Assembly: GCA_010356995.1 (NCBI GenBank)
Contig: ML996691.1
Location: 378,174 to 442,173, forward strand
Direction: 5' to 3'
Length of the DNA stretch: 64,000 nt
Source of the DNA: Trichodelitschia bisporula
Taxonomy: Eukaryota
In this document: positions 61,697-64,000 of the stretch, in pieces
How the letters are laid out: the number at the start of each line of letters is the position of its first letter
Numbering within the stretch: position 1 is the first letter of the stretch
Made by a program: the position numbers and the translations under genes
The notes under the pieces: model-generated
Told to the model about the DNA's origin: nothing
The model's database searches: none
The model's input: the letters and a program-made list of their open reading frames with translations, nothing else

Positions 61697-64000
61697 ATGA
61701 GGTACGTCAGTCGCGATCGTTTTGCTCCCTCCGACCCTCCCAGCCTCTCTTGAGTTGCGAGGCGCGGGGCTAATTATTGCCCCAACTTGCAGGTTCGGCC
61801 ATCAGCTCAAGACTTCCTTGATCCAGAACTGGTACTTCCACTACATTGACTATGATTCCTTGAAGGACGCCCTCAAGACCGACTATGCGACCCAACCCAC
61901 GTCCGAAACCCCGAAACCCAAGCGCAAGGCATGGACCGAGGACGACGAACGCCGCTTTGTCAAGCTGCTCGAGGCCGAGCTGGACAAGGTCTTTACCTTC
62001 CAGAAAGTCAAGAGCCAGGAGATCGTCAAGCGGATACGCGCGTCTGAGCAGGAGGTCACAGAGGTAGTCTCCAAGGCCGATCGCGCCGCTCAGGAGGGGC
62101 AACAGGCGCCGGATGAGGAGGATTTCATCCTGCTTGAGGAGGACTTGAGCGACATCATTGCCGATGTGCATGATCTGGCCAAGTTCACTCAGCTGAATTA
62201 CACTGGCTTCCAAAAGATCATCAAGAAGCATGATGTGCGTTGCACCCGCTTTCGGCGGCCAGACCCTGCTAACAGCCTCAGAAACAAACGGACTGGCATC
62301 TTAAGCCCGTCTTTGCTGCCCGGTTGCGGGCTAAGCCCTTCTTCAAGGACAACTACGACGCGTTCATTGTGAAGCTCTCGAAGCTGTACGATCTCGTCCG
62401 GACCCGCGGAAATCCTATCAAGGGTGATTCTTCCGCCGGTGGGGGCCAGCAAAACTTCGTCCGTCAGACGACGAAGTATTGGGTGCACCCGGACAACATC
62501 ACCGAAGTCAAGCTCATCATTCTCAAGGTGCGTGGGAGGACATATGTAATGAACGTCTGCTAACGTCGTGCAGCACCTCCCCGTGCTGGTTTTCAATGCA
62601 AGCAAAGAATTCGATGCGGCCGATACCGCCATTTCTTCCATATACTACGACAATGTCGACACATGGGAGCTCTATACCGGTCGTCTGAAGAAGACCGAAG
62701 GCGCCGAAGCAATCCGTCTGCGTTGGTACGGCGGCATGAACACCGAGACCATCTTCGTGGAGCGCAAAACTCACCGTGAAGACTGGACGGGGGAGAAGTC
62801 GGTCAAGGCGCGCTTCGCCATCAAGGAGAAGAACGTCAACGCCTTCCTCTCGGGCCAAATGACCGTTGATCAGGTCTTCGAGAGGATGCGCCGCGACGGC
62901 AAGAAGAGTGAAAAGGAGATTGCCGACCTGGAACAACTGGCCCGCGAAATCCAGTATCGCGTCATTACTCGCAAGCTTGTCCCCGTTACCCGCAGCTTCT
63001 ACCACCGTACCGCCTTCCAGCTCCCCGGTGACGCCCGTGTGCGCATCTCCCTCGACACGGAGCTCACCATGATACGCGAAGACAACCTCGACGGGCGGCA
63101 ACGTGCCGGCAAGAACTGGCGCCGCATGGACATCGGCATCGACTTCCCATTTTCGCAACTCCCCCCCGAAGACGTCGAACGCTTCCCCTACGCTGTCCTC
63201 GAAGTCAAGCTCCAAACCCAAGCTGGCCAACAACCCCCGGAGTGGATCCGCGAACTCACAGCCTCGCACCTCGTCGAAGCAGTCCCCAAATTCAGCAAAT
63301 TCATCCACGGCACCGCCGTCCTCAACCCTGCCCGCATAGACCTCCTCCCCTTCTGGACCCCGCAGATGGATGTCGACATCCGCAAGCCCGTTTCCCACCG
63401 CTTCGGCATCGAGCGCCCCACCCAGTCCGGCGACATCAGCACGGGAAGCGAAAATATCGACGAGGATACGGATGATGAGGGCTTGCTCACGCTCCCTCCT
63501 GCGCCCCTGGATGACGACAACGACGATAACGTCAACATTCGCCGCCTGCGCGCCGCCCGCGACGCGCTTGAGGAACACGACGCGCAGCAGCGCCGCGACT
63601 TTGCCAACGGCGCCGCGGGCAATAGTCTTGATATTGAGGAGCGCGTCGGTGCGGCCCGTGCTCTGGCGCCGGACGACGATTACCCGATCTATGATTCTGA
63701 GTCCGAGGACGATGATTTCGAGGAGGCGCGTCGGGTGGGTGGTTGGCCCTATGCGCGGGCCCGCGCGAAGAGGTCGGCTCGTGTGGCGGCGAATGCAATC
63801 TGGAATGGGCTTCTGTTCGTTGCGCCCCGTCCGCGCGCGACGGAGATGCCGCCGGAGGAGGAGCGTGTGGGTGGGTCGAAGCGCGTGGGCGAGGTGAAGC
63901 GGTTTAAGGCGCCGCGGGGGAAACGTGAGTGCACCTCCTGGACCCTTACTCCTCCCCAGAGCGATGAGAGCTTTGCTAACTGCGCTACTTGCAGGTATTC
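61697..64000 (+). CDS. VTC4: Vacuolar polyphosphate polymerase Vtc4 (SPX + VTC domain), runs off the window end
   Basis: MR/FG..L...YIDYD.LK SPX start, [64 protein letters not shown]. Introns 61702-61792, 62236-62281, 62528-62573, ~63926-63994. Confidence 0.95.

Overview
Gene-dense, intron-containing chromosomal DNA from a filamentous ascomycete (inferred from short GT-AG introns with CTRAC branch points and Pezizomycotina-type orthologues; species not identified). Recognisable genes: C2H2 transcription factor nsdC, tRNA-Arg(ACG), SEC24, COG6, ATG9, SCJ1, LRO1, MAK3, SUB1/PC4, an Old Yellow Enzyme, initiator tRNA-Met, an FAD monooxygenase, a PsuG-PfkB pseudouridine-catabolism fusion, CDC7, YCS4, an amino-acid permease, an unknown RING/U-box-like + beta-propeller protein, a patatin phospholipase, HEM14, NAB2, an SR protein, RPL19 and partial VTC4. 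Most unusual structure: a ~3.1 kb degenerate tandem array (~8260-11400, ~14 units) between nsdC and the tRNA. Its units look like [66-67 nt intron-like module + 144 nt phase-0 exon-like module] encoding a 48-aa repeat interrupted by stops. Other leads: an intronless patatin with a PP2/Nictaba-lectin-like C-terminus, divergent from the unknown propeller gene; a ~55-bp hairpin with G-U-biased substitutions; a duplicated 3' splice cassette that could gate a uORF in the nsdC leader; and a candidate poison exon in the SR gene. All homology calls are by eye from motifs; no searches were run.
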